A DNA stretch of 51,355 nt from Folioceros fuciformis. Lineage: Eukaryota. The notes below the pieces were generated by a model, which saw nothing but the letters and a program-made list of their open reading frames with translations, did no database searches and was not told the DNA's origin. Of this stretch, positions 25,404 to 37,179 are shown one piece after another; the first letter of the stretch is position 1, and each line of letters opens with the position of its first letter. The stretch lies in assembly GCA_049999805.1 (NCBI GenBank), contig JBNGIO010004527.1, positions 40,470 through 91,824 on the forward strand, read 5' to 3'. Position numbers and translations under genes: made by a program.

Positions 25404-28400
25404 TCATTTCGGAGAGCTTCTCTGAAAAAAATCGGTAATAATGGCAGTACCTTTCTTTGCACTCTGCTTGCGGCCAATCGGAAGACCCAAGGACAGTCTA
25501 AGCTCACGCTGGATATCGGGAGGCAACTCGGACATGACCTCCTGTGAAATCTCCTCGTGTCTGTAAATAGGTGAAGATCCTTGTTCCGTCCGGATCTTCT
25601 GGGAACTCTGGCTGCTCGATCGCTGCCACAAGGCCTCCAACTTTCCTCTTGGGCAACCTGGTGATGGTGCACGCCGGGAGATGTCTGCGACACTATCAGG
25701 ACCAGGAGTAGCTTTATCTTGAAGGAAGCGTTGAGGGGTGTTCGAGCCAATCTTCCCTTGTTCTGGAGGTTGATTGCTTGATAGCTGACACCGAACTTCC
25801 AGCCTTCCTCTCGGGGTCCTTCGAGTGGGAGAACGCGTAGACTCTTCTGTCAATTTTTCAGGACTTTTATCCTGAGACCCTGCGCATTCTGGAGGATCCG
25901 AGCAAAGCAGCCCTTCCTCCAGGGTCGTCGGACTCCAACACAGCCTGCTACTGAGGTTCACCTGGTTCAGGCAGTCGTTGTCCCTAGGTTCTTGACAATG
26001 GACTGGGGAAAAGCAAGCATCTTCAGAGCTCTCGACTCGTGGTTCCTGATACTCTAATGGGGAGAAGAGGATCACTGAAGATTCAGGGGGCATGTCATCA
26101 CAAGAGCCGCTGATAAAACTGCCATCGTCACCATCTGTACTCGAACAACCTGCATCACCTAGAGCAGCCCGGAATCCTTGTGCGCAGGTGTCAGTTGGAG
26201 TTGGACCCAGAGGACCAAACTTGGGGGTGCAGTCCAAACCATCATCACCATGACACTCATGTAATTCGTCTTCAGAATGACACGGAAGAAATCGGGAACC
26301 ACTTTCCTTTCCAGCACTGAGATATTGGGTTATCGGATTCACACCCTGTGGATCAGCCAGACCACCTCAAATAATTCCCTTGGTTGGGGCTAGTTGCAGA
26401 GGTAAACTGCGAGGGCTTTTGATATGGCACTTACCGATGGCATGGTCACAATATTCGATGCAGAAATCGACATCCCTGTCACTGCCCACCTAAGAGTTCG
26501 AACCTTGTGCCCTTTCTCTGGTGAGAGTATGTTCGAAGCTGGCAAAAACTCTGTTAACCCTCGTTCAAAAAGACGGAGAGCGTCGGCGACAATTTTAGAT
26601 ACCCCGTATCTCAGGGTGCATGACTTCATGGGGAACCTCTTGTGTCCCGCAGGAGATCCTATCTGCACAACAAGCATGCGACAAGCTATCAGCCATTCCC
26701 ATCACAAAAGCCCCCAAAACTAAATAATGCCTAAAATGTATTCATGCCCAACAAAGTTACCACATGACATGATGCCTGTAGTGTAAGAGTGCGTGCAGTA
26801 CGGTTGTTCTCCTTCAGATCCGAAGCTATTCGCTCCTGCAACACTGCTGCCAGCTCTCCCAGCCAATGGTGGATCTGATTCAAGTCAACTAACTGCTCAG
26901 ATAACTCGACAAAAATAGGAGAGCATATTTGCACAATCTCAAGAAGATGAGTAGTGACCTTGCGACCCCATCCAGGAGGTCATATGTCACCTCTCCAACT
27001 TGCTTCAGCGCCTTCGGACCTGGAAAGGTCTTCCCAGAAGCATGGGATTTCGGTAGTGTACGCTCTTGGACTTCATCTCCACTGATACCCCTCACAATTC
27101 TCCACAACCATGTCCTGCTCACAGGATGTTGTTCATCACGATCAGAACTTCTAGAAATACCCAAAGCAGTGTGAGGTAGGAGTTGCACTTCCAGCGGCTC
27201 AATAAACTGGCTACAGCTCAATACCCCGAATTTGCACCATATAACTCCTGCAGCTTGGACTCTGAGAACTTCAACAAGTCTCCACATGTTTTCACACCCA
27301 ATGTCGTTTCTAATGATTGTCCAAACTTGCCTCCTAATTGTCCGCTGCAATAGACAAATGACATGCGTTACTGAGAGTATGAAGGCATTCAACATCACAT
27401 ATCATTCAACCTGTAAAATGAACATCATGCTGAGACATAATTGTCGGGCGTACATTTTTGTGATAGGAAGGGGCTGAAGAAACCCGGTGACGGCTGATGA
27501 GGGCACAATGGTTTGTTGCGCTGGCTTATGCAAGCCGCTTGTCAGCTTAGCTAGCATCTGCAGCATTTCAGAACATATAAGACAATGCAGACATCAAACG
27601 AATTACTGACCTCAAGATTGTTCTTCCACAGCAAGTCGTTCATTTCACACACAGTGGACGCAAACCTTGTTGTGAGCGATCCCAGCAGAGCATGTGAATT
27701 GAGTTTCTGCTAAAACGGCCATCCTCAGTTCTGCTACAATCACGGCTCCATATGCAAGCAGCTTATCGTCGTAACTTGGATCTGTCTGACAGAACCACTC
27801 CCGAACTCTTTCCCGACGATCTCCTTCCTCACTCTACCGAAGTCATTCAACGCATATCCTGTGTTGCGTGTTAGGATCCACATGTAGGCTCCAATAGCGC
27901 TCCACACCATGATTTTGTAAGAAATACAGACAGGCTGTACTTCTTGGGTGGAAGAATTCTGAAGGTGCCCCACCTCATCCAGGCCTACAATGTGGGACTT
28001 CAGAGCTTCTTCAGGAACACCAAACGGCCGGAATTCTGAGACATCTTTCGTGAGTCTGGAGGCAGCAGATTCTGTCAGGTCCAGATAGACTTCATCGATA
28101 GATGTCCGTTCACAACGCCCCATCCGAGAGAGAATCTCCACGACCTGCAGCCACCAAGAGAGCTGTAAAGGCCTCCATGCTAAAACTCACACTCCGACCT
28201 CTAGCATCAACTTAAACCCCACTTCAACTCTAGAAAACCTACCTCTGAGCCAGCATCGCGATAAATAGCAAGGTCAGCCTTCTCATGTGCCACGGGCACC
28301 TGGACAAGGTTAATGTCAGGGCACAACTTCCGCGCCTCGTCCCCTCGCATATTCCTGCAAGGCAAGGAAATTCCCCGGTCACCAATCCCTCACCACAACC

Positions 28401-28728
28401 CCCTTGCGGACAATTTAGAAGAGCTTTAAACACACCGCTTCACGCCATGCCGCCGAGCTTCGTATCCCACTGCAATCAGAGCTCCACCCTTCCAGTTGTT
28501 ATATTGCACAACAGCAGTTGGCTTGCCCAGTAATTCCGGCTGCCTCCTCTGCTCCACTGTAGTACAGCAAAAAGAAAAAGCATGAGACTGCAGACCAGCT
28601 CAAGCCAGGAAAGGGACAACCTCTAAGAATTCGACGGACAAGCGTACAGAACCTTGAACGTAGAAGCAGTCGAGATCAAGATGCGCTATAACCCGTGTGT
28701 CATTGGGCCCCGGTCTCGCAACCGGCAT
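25404..28728 (-). CDS. POLH: DNA polymerase eta (Y-family translesion polymerase), multi-exon
   Basis: MPVARP...RVIAHLDLDCFYVQVEQRRQPELLGKPTAVVQYN, RTSIDEVYLDLT, CSAGIAHNK, HKPAQQT, LPKSHASGKTFPGP; C-terminal UBM-like EISQEVMSELPPDIQREL and PIP-like IITDFF. Confidence 0.95.
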
Positions 28729-29270
28729 CCTGCCTTGCACCAACGGCTCTGCGGTCACCTCCAATGTGTTCGCTGCTGGGAGGCCCAAAAGTTCGCCGTG
28801 AACTTGAGCCCCTAAAAAGAGAAGTCGTCACAGTGATTGTCTGGCAGCAAGTGTGGCCTGCCAAGTGGACTGCACGGTAGTGGTAAAATCCGATGGACAA
28901 GCAGACGCCGATGTGATGGCTGGTTCTCATGCAATCCGAAAGCCAGATCAAAGCCTGAACTTGCAACAGACTTGAGCATGTAGTCCTTTCGACTACTCTC
29001 TCGCAGAAACTATCAACCTGGTCACATTGCTTCACAGCAACATCCCTTTGCCATGTCCAACAATGGATTCCGGGCTCTACATATTACGTGGTGCGATGAA
29101 TCGTCAGGGGGAGAAATGGACAGTCGGAAACCGGATCGCCATCCTCCAGCCTCTTGACCCACCAGCTCCCACCGTCAGTTCAGATGGTCAGCACACTGCA
29201 TGAAATACACCTCCTCCGAGTCCAAGGGTTCTAGTCCTCCAGTGCTCTGAATCCTGTCCAGAGAGTCAAG

Positions 29271-30264
29271 ATGGCGCAGTACACAGCAAATGCTGCTCGT
29301 GATCTTCAGCTTATGCAACTTCTGGCTGCTGCGCAGGCAGGGGCAGCGGAGAATATTGCATGGAACCTTGCTTTGCAGGAGACGAACCAAAGAGCGGGGC
29401 GAGGACTCAATGACACCAGGAAGGCAGACACCGTCACTGCTAACCAGGCTGCCAGCACTAGTGTTTCGCAAAGATTATGCAGAATATGTCTTGATCGGAA
29501 ACCTCTGTCCAGCTTTCTGGAGCAGAAGGCATGTGAGCACCGGTTCTGTCGTGATTGCATGTCGGCCTATGTGGATTCTCGAGTAAAGGGCGGGTACCTT
29601 CAGATTATGTGTCCAGAACTGGGTTGCAAGGCTTTCCTTGAAAAAGATGACTACACGTCCCTCAGTCTGTCGCCTGACGTAGCCGCAGCCCTGGCCAATC
29701 CAGAGGCTGGCACATCCATGCCTGAAGCTGATAGGTGCTATTGCCCTTTCCCGGACTGCTCAGCTCTGACACCGTTGTTAGAGAATCGGAGCCACTTAGG
29801 AGATCCGAGTGCCACTTTATGCTGGAGCTGCAGTCGCCTGTTCTGTGCAGGATGTGAGATTCCTTGGCGTTCTGGGCATACATGTCAGCAGCTAGACAAG
29901 ATGAATAAGGAAAAACTTCTTCAGGAGAAGCTTGCTGAGGATAAACGTGCCAATGAGAAGCTTGCCAAGGTACTGTTCCAAAGCAAAGATGCCTTCAAGG
30001 ACCTCGTCCGAGAATTCAAATGGATGACCTGTGCAAATTGCAATAGAGTCGTGGAATGTACTGCAGGGTGCGAGGGTATAACCTGCCGGTATATCACCAC
30101 TAAACTCCTTCCCACATTTCCTTTCGTAACTCTGTTTGCTGCATCCTCTGGCCCTAACGGATTGGTTGATGGACGGAATGTGCAGATGCATGTTCCGGTT
30201 CTGCTATGAATGCGGGAAACAGTGGAATCCTGGTCACTCGTGCAATTCTCCTGCTGATGCATAG
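29271..30264 (+). CDS. RBR (RING1-IBR-RING2) E3 ubiquitin ligase; 2 exons (intron 30089-30185)
   Basis: CRICLD...CEHRFCRDC...CPELGC (RING1); YCPFPDCSA...CWSCSRLFCAGC (IBR); CANC...GCEGITCRCMFRFCYECGKQW (RING2, after splicing), ending HSCNSPADA*. Confidence 0.88.
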
Positions 30265-30608
30265 ACAGCCAATCAAGGGGTTGACAGTTTCTTCCCGGAC
30301 ATCAGACTTCAGTTATTTCTCACCTCGTCGTGATTTGTGCTCCTATCATAGTCACCTCCTGCCTCCTCCTCATCGAATTGTCCAAAATGACGTCGAGTCT
30401 CTGGACCTTCAAAAGGGAGCAGGATGAAGAGTGTAGGGTTGCAATGCGAACTTTCATTTTACCGGCTTACCCGGAAGAGAAATAAAGTCATTTTTTCATT
30501 CAATTGGCAGAGTTGCCATGTTTCTAGAGTCGCCACGTCCCTGGTTTGCTTGTGTGGAATTTGCTTGCCGTCTCCCTTCTTCCGTGGTGGTGGACTGTCA
30601 GGAGCTCC

Positions 30609-32375
30609 ATGGCTCTTGTGAAGGCTACCTTGGCTGTTCCCAGGCAGAGATATGTTGAGTCGGTGCTGGAAGACCGGCTCATTAAGACCACGACGAGCTC
30701 CACTTGCTGGTCAAACTCCATGGCCGCTCGGCTCTTCTATGCGAATCATAAGACTTCCAGGAGTCTCGATGTGTTCGGGGCTCATCAGCAGCAGCGGTTA
30801 AGAGGAGCGGGGGCGAAAGTTTCCGCTACGTCCACCAGGCTTTCCGGACAAGTGGTTTCCTGTACAGACAAACGAAATGTGGGAGCCCAGAGTGAGTGGT
30901 TTACTCTTCCCTATCATTCCTTCCCTTGCCTGGTCTTGAGAGGGGTGCTGGGCTGAACCTCCTGCTTAGTGGAACGGCCCGGCCCGGCTCTAGCCCAGCT
31001 CTGAGTGTGATCGTTTTCGTTTTCCTACATGTTGTCACATGTGGGAATTGACAGAGCTTTTAGATGGCACATTCCCCATGACGGCGTACCCTGGCATGCA
31101 GCGAGCAGTGACCATTTCGCTGGAAGGAGCCATGAGGTCAAGTATGATTCTGGATCTGAAGCTAATCTTGGTCGGCGTCAAGCCCTTTGTGCTGGTCTAA
31201 CCTGCGTCCTTGTGTCTCTCAGTCCACGAGGTGAGCACTCCTATTGCTGCCTATGTCTACGTTTAGGTTGATGAAGGTGTCCTTACTTGCATGGGTATCT
31301 GGTTGCAGATGCTATGGCAGGCGGACTCTTTGATAAGTACATAAAGAGGTGCGAGTTTTCAAGTACGTAGCCTTTTCGGTTGATCGGTCCGATCGATGTG
31401 TTGCTTTTTTCATACTTCAGTGGGCTCTCGAGCAGAGCATTCTAATTCCTTTTTTGTCTCGTAACCAGAAAGAAGCTGGATCCCCTCGATACCTACTTAC
31501 CAACCATACTCTTGAGCCAGTTGCAGATTGAAGAGATCGGTACAGCTAGTCCCTTCCCTTCTGTTGGATGGAATGATAAGGGGCCTGTTGCTTTGACATG
31601 TAACCTGAGTTGTGGCCTTGCAGATGGAAAACTTGTAGCTGAGGAACCCCAGTACGATGATGCAAGAACTCTGTTGAGATCTGGCCCAGCAGCGTCTCTT
31701 CGGTCGGACATACGAGCTGTAAGTTCCCGGTTGCATCAACTGGCCTGGACTGCTCGTCCACTCGGTTTGTGCATCATGGAACACTGGCTGAGTGTGAAAG
31801 CCGGAAGCCTGTGGCCTGTTGTCCCTACTCTGTCGCGGGTTTCTGAATCACCGTGCACCAATGCATGTCCCAGGTTGCCCAGTATGCTACTGATGCAGGC
31901 GACGGACAGACCGCTGGGGAAGCTGTGGACGGATGTCTAAGGTTTGCCGCCACACTCATCTCAGCGCTGCATTACGGTTGCTGTGATCTTTTCGTCTACA
32001 AGTAACGTGACCACCCTGCACCATGCAGGGCCATTGAGGAGCTAGATTCTTACCTTCTCCGGGCCAGCAGAAACGATCCTCCTGCCCTAGATGTGATGCG
32101 GCAAAGGGTGTCAAAGGCCCTGAACTGTCTCGACAGGTAACACTTCCGGTGTGACATCAGTCCCTTTGAAGGCAACAGCATCGCACTACCATCTCTAATT
32201 CTGCTTTCGTCTCTTTTTTTTCCCTACCAGTCTGCTGTCTACTGTACCTCTGGAAATCCTGGAGAAGGGCAAAGCTGTAGCCTTCGCGTACAGAGACCTG
32301 GACAACACTAAAGCTCCCGCAGCACCGCAGAACGTAGAGCCGAACTTGCTGAAAACCCTGCCAAATGATCTCTGA
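30609..32375 (+). CDS. Uncharacterised thylakoid-lumen protein with bipartite (Tat) signal; resembles Arabidopsis At1g49975-type proteins
   Basis: Spliced reading ...GRRQALCAGLTCVLVSLSPRDAMA|GGLFDKYIKRKKLDPLDTYLPTILLSQLQIEEI...LRSGPAASLRSDIRAVAQYA...AIEELDSYLLRASR...LDSLLSTVP...PNDL*; 8 GT-AG exons; twin-arginine plus AxA cleavage motif. Confidence 0.8.
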
Positions 32376-32676
32376 TCCTGGAGCGATGTCAACCCGCTGG
32401 AAACTGTTTTTTGTTGAAAGTGTCTCGGAAAGCCTGCTTCTCGGTAACAGAATCAACCTTCCTGGCAGAGATTTGTTTTAGTTGCGGTTACCTACCCGCC
32501 GTTCCGTCCTTCCTCACTGTCGGCCCCGCTTCGCCGGTACCGTCCAGCACAGCGCTCCGAGCCTTCAAGAACGCGGAAGTTCCTGAGAATCGAACCAGCT
32601 CCTTGGCGATCGTGCGCGCACGATCGGGAGCCTAACGGACATGAGGTGATGAAGCCTGAGAAATAGAGGAGCACTG

Positions 32677-34199
32677 ATGAGACCAGACCTGATGGCGGAG
32701 ACAAGCTCAATGCCGAGGTGGGTCTGGCGCCTGGCGATGGCGCTGGCGCTGGCCGCGGCCTGCTTATATGCCGATGCCCGGACGCCGCACTTCGTGTACA
32801 CGAATGGAACTCACTTCATGCTCAACAAGGAGGCATTCTACGTGAACGGCGCCAACTTCTACTGGCTCATGTACCAGGCGGCGGATCCCAGCTCCCGGCC
32901 GCTGGTGACTCGGGTGCTGGAGGAGGCGGTGGGGCTGGGGCTCACAGTCGGCCGCACCTGGGCTTTCAACGACGGCGGCTACAGAGCTCTGCAGCTCAGC
33001 CCTGGCCACTTCGATGAGAACGTTTTTCAGGTAAGAGACGAGTTGAGGACGATTGCTTGCGATCAAATGAAGGCAGCGATCCAATTCGGCGGCTTTCGTG
33101 CAGGCTCTGGATTTTGTGATATCGGAAGCGGCGAGATATCAGGTGCGGCTGATTCTCAGCCTTGTGAACAACTACGACGCGTTTGGAGGGAAGAAGCAGT
33201 ACGTGCAGTGGGCTCGAGACGCTGGAGTTCCCAATCTGAATTCCGAGGATGACTTCTTTTGGAATCCAACGATTCGTGATTGGTTCAAGAATTACATCCA
33301 GGTGCTCTGCATTTCTGTCTCGCATGCACGGTTTTGTGATGTTGTTGCTGAAGTGTGGATTGCTGATGTCCGTTGGCTTCGATGACCTCGCTCAGGTCAT
33401 CCTCACGCGGAAAAACACAATCACTGGGCTTGTTTACGCTAACGATCCGACTATTTTTGCCTGGGAGCTTATGAACGAGCCCCGATGTTTGTCAGATCCC
33501 TATGGAAATACCTTACAGGCCTGGATAGATGAAATGTCCAGCTACGTGAAGACCTTGGACAGCAATCACCTTTTGGAAGTCGGGTTGGAGGGCTTCTACA
33601 ACACGTCCGCGGAGGAAGTTGCTGCTGTAAGTGCCGGAAGCGATTTCTACCAGAAGTTAGGGACTGATTTCATCCGGGACAATCTCCTTCCGTCAGTGGA
33701 TTTTGCTACTGTCCACGCCTATTCCGACTTCTGGTATTGTGCACACGCCTCCTGTGACTTCCTTGCAGTGAACTTGTTGTGCTGGCGGACTTTCCTTACT
33801 GCTTCATTACCTGACAGGTTTCCACAAGCAAGTTATCAGCAGCAGCTCACCTTTCTTAGGGGTTGGATTAGCCACCACATCACGGATGCCGAAAATATTC
33901 TTCACAAACCAGTTTTGTTCACCGAGTTCGGAAAGAACTCGAACGATGAGGGATTTACTCCCCAGCAGAGAGATGAAGTGCTGTCCCTCTTCTTTGACAG
34001 CGTTTACGGGTCTGCACAGACTGGAGGGGCCGGGGCCGGGGCTCTTTTCTGGCATCTTTTTACTGACGGCATGGATAACTTCAATGATGGGTACCAGATC
34101 ATACCTTCGAGGAGTCCCTCAACGGCCACTCTCATAGTCGGACAGTCACAGAGGCTGACGACACTAAGACGATTAAGACACAAGGCTACAGAGCGGTGA
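32677..34199 (+). CDS. MAN: Endo-1,4-beta-mannanase (GH5), secreted; 4 exons
   Basis: Signal peptide, [43 protein letters not shown], catalytic WELMNEPR and LFTEFGK, GAGALFW. Start may be 32677, 32692 or 32710. Confidence 0.93.
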
Positions 34200-34969
34200 A
34201 AATATCCCACACCGTACAACAGGTTTTTTTTTTTTTCTTACCACCCACCATGTAGCGTGCAGGCGTGAGGTCCTGCCCGAAACTTTCAGAACCTTGCAGA
34301 GAATTTCCGTCACGGATGGACAAGAGAAGACAAGACATCACTGACCTCGTTTGTCCTCCCATCCTGTTCACTCTCATGTAAGCCTACATCACGCTGTAAA
34401 CGGTCCTGCTGCTCTATTGCATGTGCACGGACGGTGTGAAAAAGGCGGTCAGAACTCCCTGAAAGAACAGTACACAGCGGTGCTGACAGATTGCACAGTG
34501 AAGTGTATGTAACCGTCTGAAAGGTAATCGTGCCGAAGCACCCGTAGAACTTGAGCCCTCGATACAATTGGTTCAACAAAATGACGCTTGCAAGATGACC
34601 GTTGTAAACTAGATCGCAAATGGGAAACTATAAGCTTCGAGTTCAGAGATTGGGACGTGTTCACCTGCGTCTCCTCATCAGTCACGAACGACAAAGACAA
34701 CTGATCGGAGCATTCATCTCGCGGGCAGCAAGGAGGTCCAAAATCAGATTGCCAATGAGAACACAACACGAAGGAAAGACGGATCTACAATTTCAAAGAA
34801 GCCGTTAAACGAAAGAGTAACTTACAATACTCCAAGCTCTTGCAAGAACCGCAAGGAAGCCAGGCGTTGGCCAAACCATCCCCAGAATGGCTGCCAAAAA
34901 CAAGGGCCTGCACTAACCCTCAGCTGCTACGGAGAAAATGCCAGAGTGCGAAAGAGGCCGGAAACCGCA

Positions 34970-35473
34970 TCAGTCCCGGAAAACGGGACCCGGTACATCG
35001 GCATAGTTGATCTCATGGGGGCCAGAGACAGCGATAGTCCAGTTCCCCATGCCTTCAATCTCCCACACGCAGCTCACGTACTTGTCTCTAATCTTCCTAA
35101 GAGGCCCGCACAGCCTTCTCGTGAAGCTCTGATTGATCTTGCACGACTTCGGCCGAGGAGGAAGCTTCCAGCTCCGGCCTCCTTCCCCCTTCTCCTTCCT
35201 GGCCTGCTGCAGCGACATGAGGCCAAATTGATGTGCGAGTGCACCGTCCTCCATTCCGTCTGTCCTGCACTTCATATCTTGGCCAAGATCAGGCTCTTCT
35301 GGCAGCGGCTGCAGCGACGGCTGCACCTTCCGGCGAGAGAGCAGCTTCCCTCTACGGGTCGCCGGATGCTTGGCCATCATCAGCCGCGCTGGTATCAAGC
35401 GCCTTCGTTCCTTGCAGAGCGGAGTGTGCATTTCCGCAGGACCGTGCCCGGAATAAACGGCTGCCGCCTCCAT
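34970..35473 (-). CDS. Small uncharacterised protein (167 aa)
   Basis: Intronless ORF from ATG 35473; C-terminal PLRKIRDKYVSCVWEIEGMG resembles the L-x-K/R-x-R-D-x-Y-V pattern of small plant proteins. Confidence 0.55.
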   Translation of the reverse strand: MEAAAVYSGHGPAEMHTPLCKERRRLIPARLMMAKHPATRRGKLLSRRKVQPSLQPLPEEPDLGQDMKCRTDGMEDGALAHQFGLMSLQQARKEKGEGGRSWKLPPRPKSCKINQSFTRRLCGPLRKIRDKYVSCVWEIEGMGNWTIAVSGPHEINYADVPGPVFRD

Positions 35474-36259
35474 CGCAGAGTGCCAGGCCTCGATGCTAGC
35501 CCGCCCGGGCTTTACCTCCAATTTTCAGATTACACTTCTCCTCCTCCCACACTCACCGCACCGCCGACCACCACACCCAAGCAACAGTCGTATCTTCCTC
35601 TTCCCACCTCCCTCCCGCCTCAGCTCATGGTCGGGAGCCTCCCCCGCGTTCTCGACGGGGAGGAGTTTGAATTGCGGACACCTCAAACAAGACAGCGTTG
35701 TGCTCTCACTCGCTCACTCACTCACTCACACACACACAACCACAGCCAATCCTTGTAAGTTACAGCCTTCTAGTACCTCCTCAGACCGTTCCCAGGAGCC
35801 ACCATATCAAGCCAGAGTATGCCGACACACAGGCAAGTGCATAGCCCGATCGGGAGGGTTGGGGGGGAGATGGTGTTTCACAATCGCAGGATCTGAGGTT
35901 TCGGAATCAAATACGGGTGGACGCGCAGCTTCCGGGCGCACCAGACGAATGAAGCTTCGAACACATAATGTATGCGGGCGATGGCAGCCACACGAGGACG
36001 GCGGCAAAATCTTTTCGCGATTGGTGGTCGGGCCGGCCGGCCTCTAGGCAGCTTCTGTCGTCGCGTGCCGGGGCCCAAGACGTAACAGCGTACCTATGAG
36101 TGTCAGAGTCAAGTCAGCCCGTCAGACTCGAGGACCTGCAGGGACACACGCCGTTACGCGTTGCGGCTTTCACGGCGCGTTTGCTACGAATCGGCGTCGT
36201 AACTGTACATTTGAAGAACTCGAAACACATTACCTATGAGAGGGTAGACTATTTGAGAT

Positions 36260-36331
36260 GGAGCATTGCGAGAATCGAACTGGCGACCTCTGGCGCCGGA
36301 TTCGAGAATCATACCACTAGACCAAATGCCC
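36260..36331 (-). tRNA. tRNA-Pro-derived sequence, probably a pseudogene or SINE head (anticodon arm degenerate; loop now reads CCG)
   Basis: GGGCATTTGGTCTAGTGGTATGATTCTCGAATCCGGCGCCAGAGGTCGCCAGTTCGATTCTCGCAATGCTCC. The first 29 nt match plant tRNA-Pro; acceptor and D stems pair; two mismatches in the anticodon stem and one in the T stem. Confidence 0.8.
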
Positions 36332-36493
36332 TCTATCTTAATTGCATTTATTTTTAAATAATAAAAATAAATATCGTACACTCTGTGAGAAACTTGTCCA
36401 AACATAGCTATTCACATGTTGTCAAAGTAGACATGTTGCCCCTTCCAAAGCCAGCCTCGTCTATTAGAATGATCATCCTAGGACGGAAATCCA

Positions 36494-36560
36494 TGATTGG
36501 TTGGTGGACTACGAACTACTTCTTTTTGATTGGTTGGTGGACTACGAACTACTTCTTTTT
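36494..36560. repeat. 33-bp perfect tandem duplication
   Basis: TGATTGGTTGGTGGACTACGAACTACTTCTTTT at 36494 and 36527. Confidence 0.95.
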
Positions 36561-36677
36561 CGTCTTCTATTGTTCAATAGGTTTTGAACAACTAGTAGGG
36601 ACTCAAAACCATGAGCCATTGAAGGCAATGTGAAAGGGGAAATGATGGAACTAGATGGAAGCCATAACAGGTCCGAA

Positions 36678-36773
36678 CACGTGAGAACTTTATCTCCGTT
36701 TTATTGAACCTGAAACGCATTCTGGGCAAAATAAGAAGATAAAACACGTGCAGAGCTCACGTGTAGCCACGTG
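36678..36773. promoter_or_regulatory. Cluster of four CACGTG G-boxes
   Basis: CACGTG at 36678, 36745, 36758 and 36768; function inferred only. Confidence 0.45.
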
Positions 36774-37179
36774 ACAGAAAATACATATGTACGTGTACAA
36801 TAAAAAATATTATATTACATTAAGAGAGAGAGAACTTTTTTTCTAGTTTTCGCTCGGCGCGCAGTTTGTACGACATCGTTTGCGCCCCAGAGAGACCCGG
36901 CTACGAAATGTTGTACGGAAATTTTTAATCTAATTGGTTTGATAATTAATTATTAAAATATGTAATTAAAAATTAGGTGGATAAAGTGAGGTGAAGCTTT
37001 TTATATCCATTACCTGGCCCGGTTACCTTGTCTGTAATCGGGATTTAGAAAGCTATAGTCGGGTGCGAGTCTTGCGAGGGAAGACGACAAAACAGCACTA
37101 GGTTAGCTGGCTGCCGTCTATTTCTGACGGCCGCAAGCGGGGCAATAGCCGGCAGCGGAAATGGCAAGCCGGCTGCCCG

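Noticed and set aside
34946..35758. 270-aa + strand ORF
   Set aside because: GTG start, low-complexity composition, and it overlaps the better-supported - strand gene and its leader.
36835..36920. Hairpin plus CTAG as a Helitron 3' end
   Set aside because: The GC hairpin near CTAG is only about 3 bp and CTAG is followed by A rather than T on the relevant strand; no matching 5' end seen.
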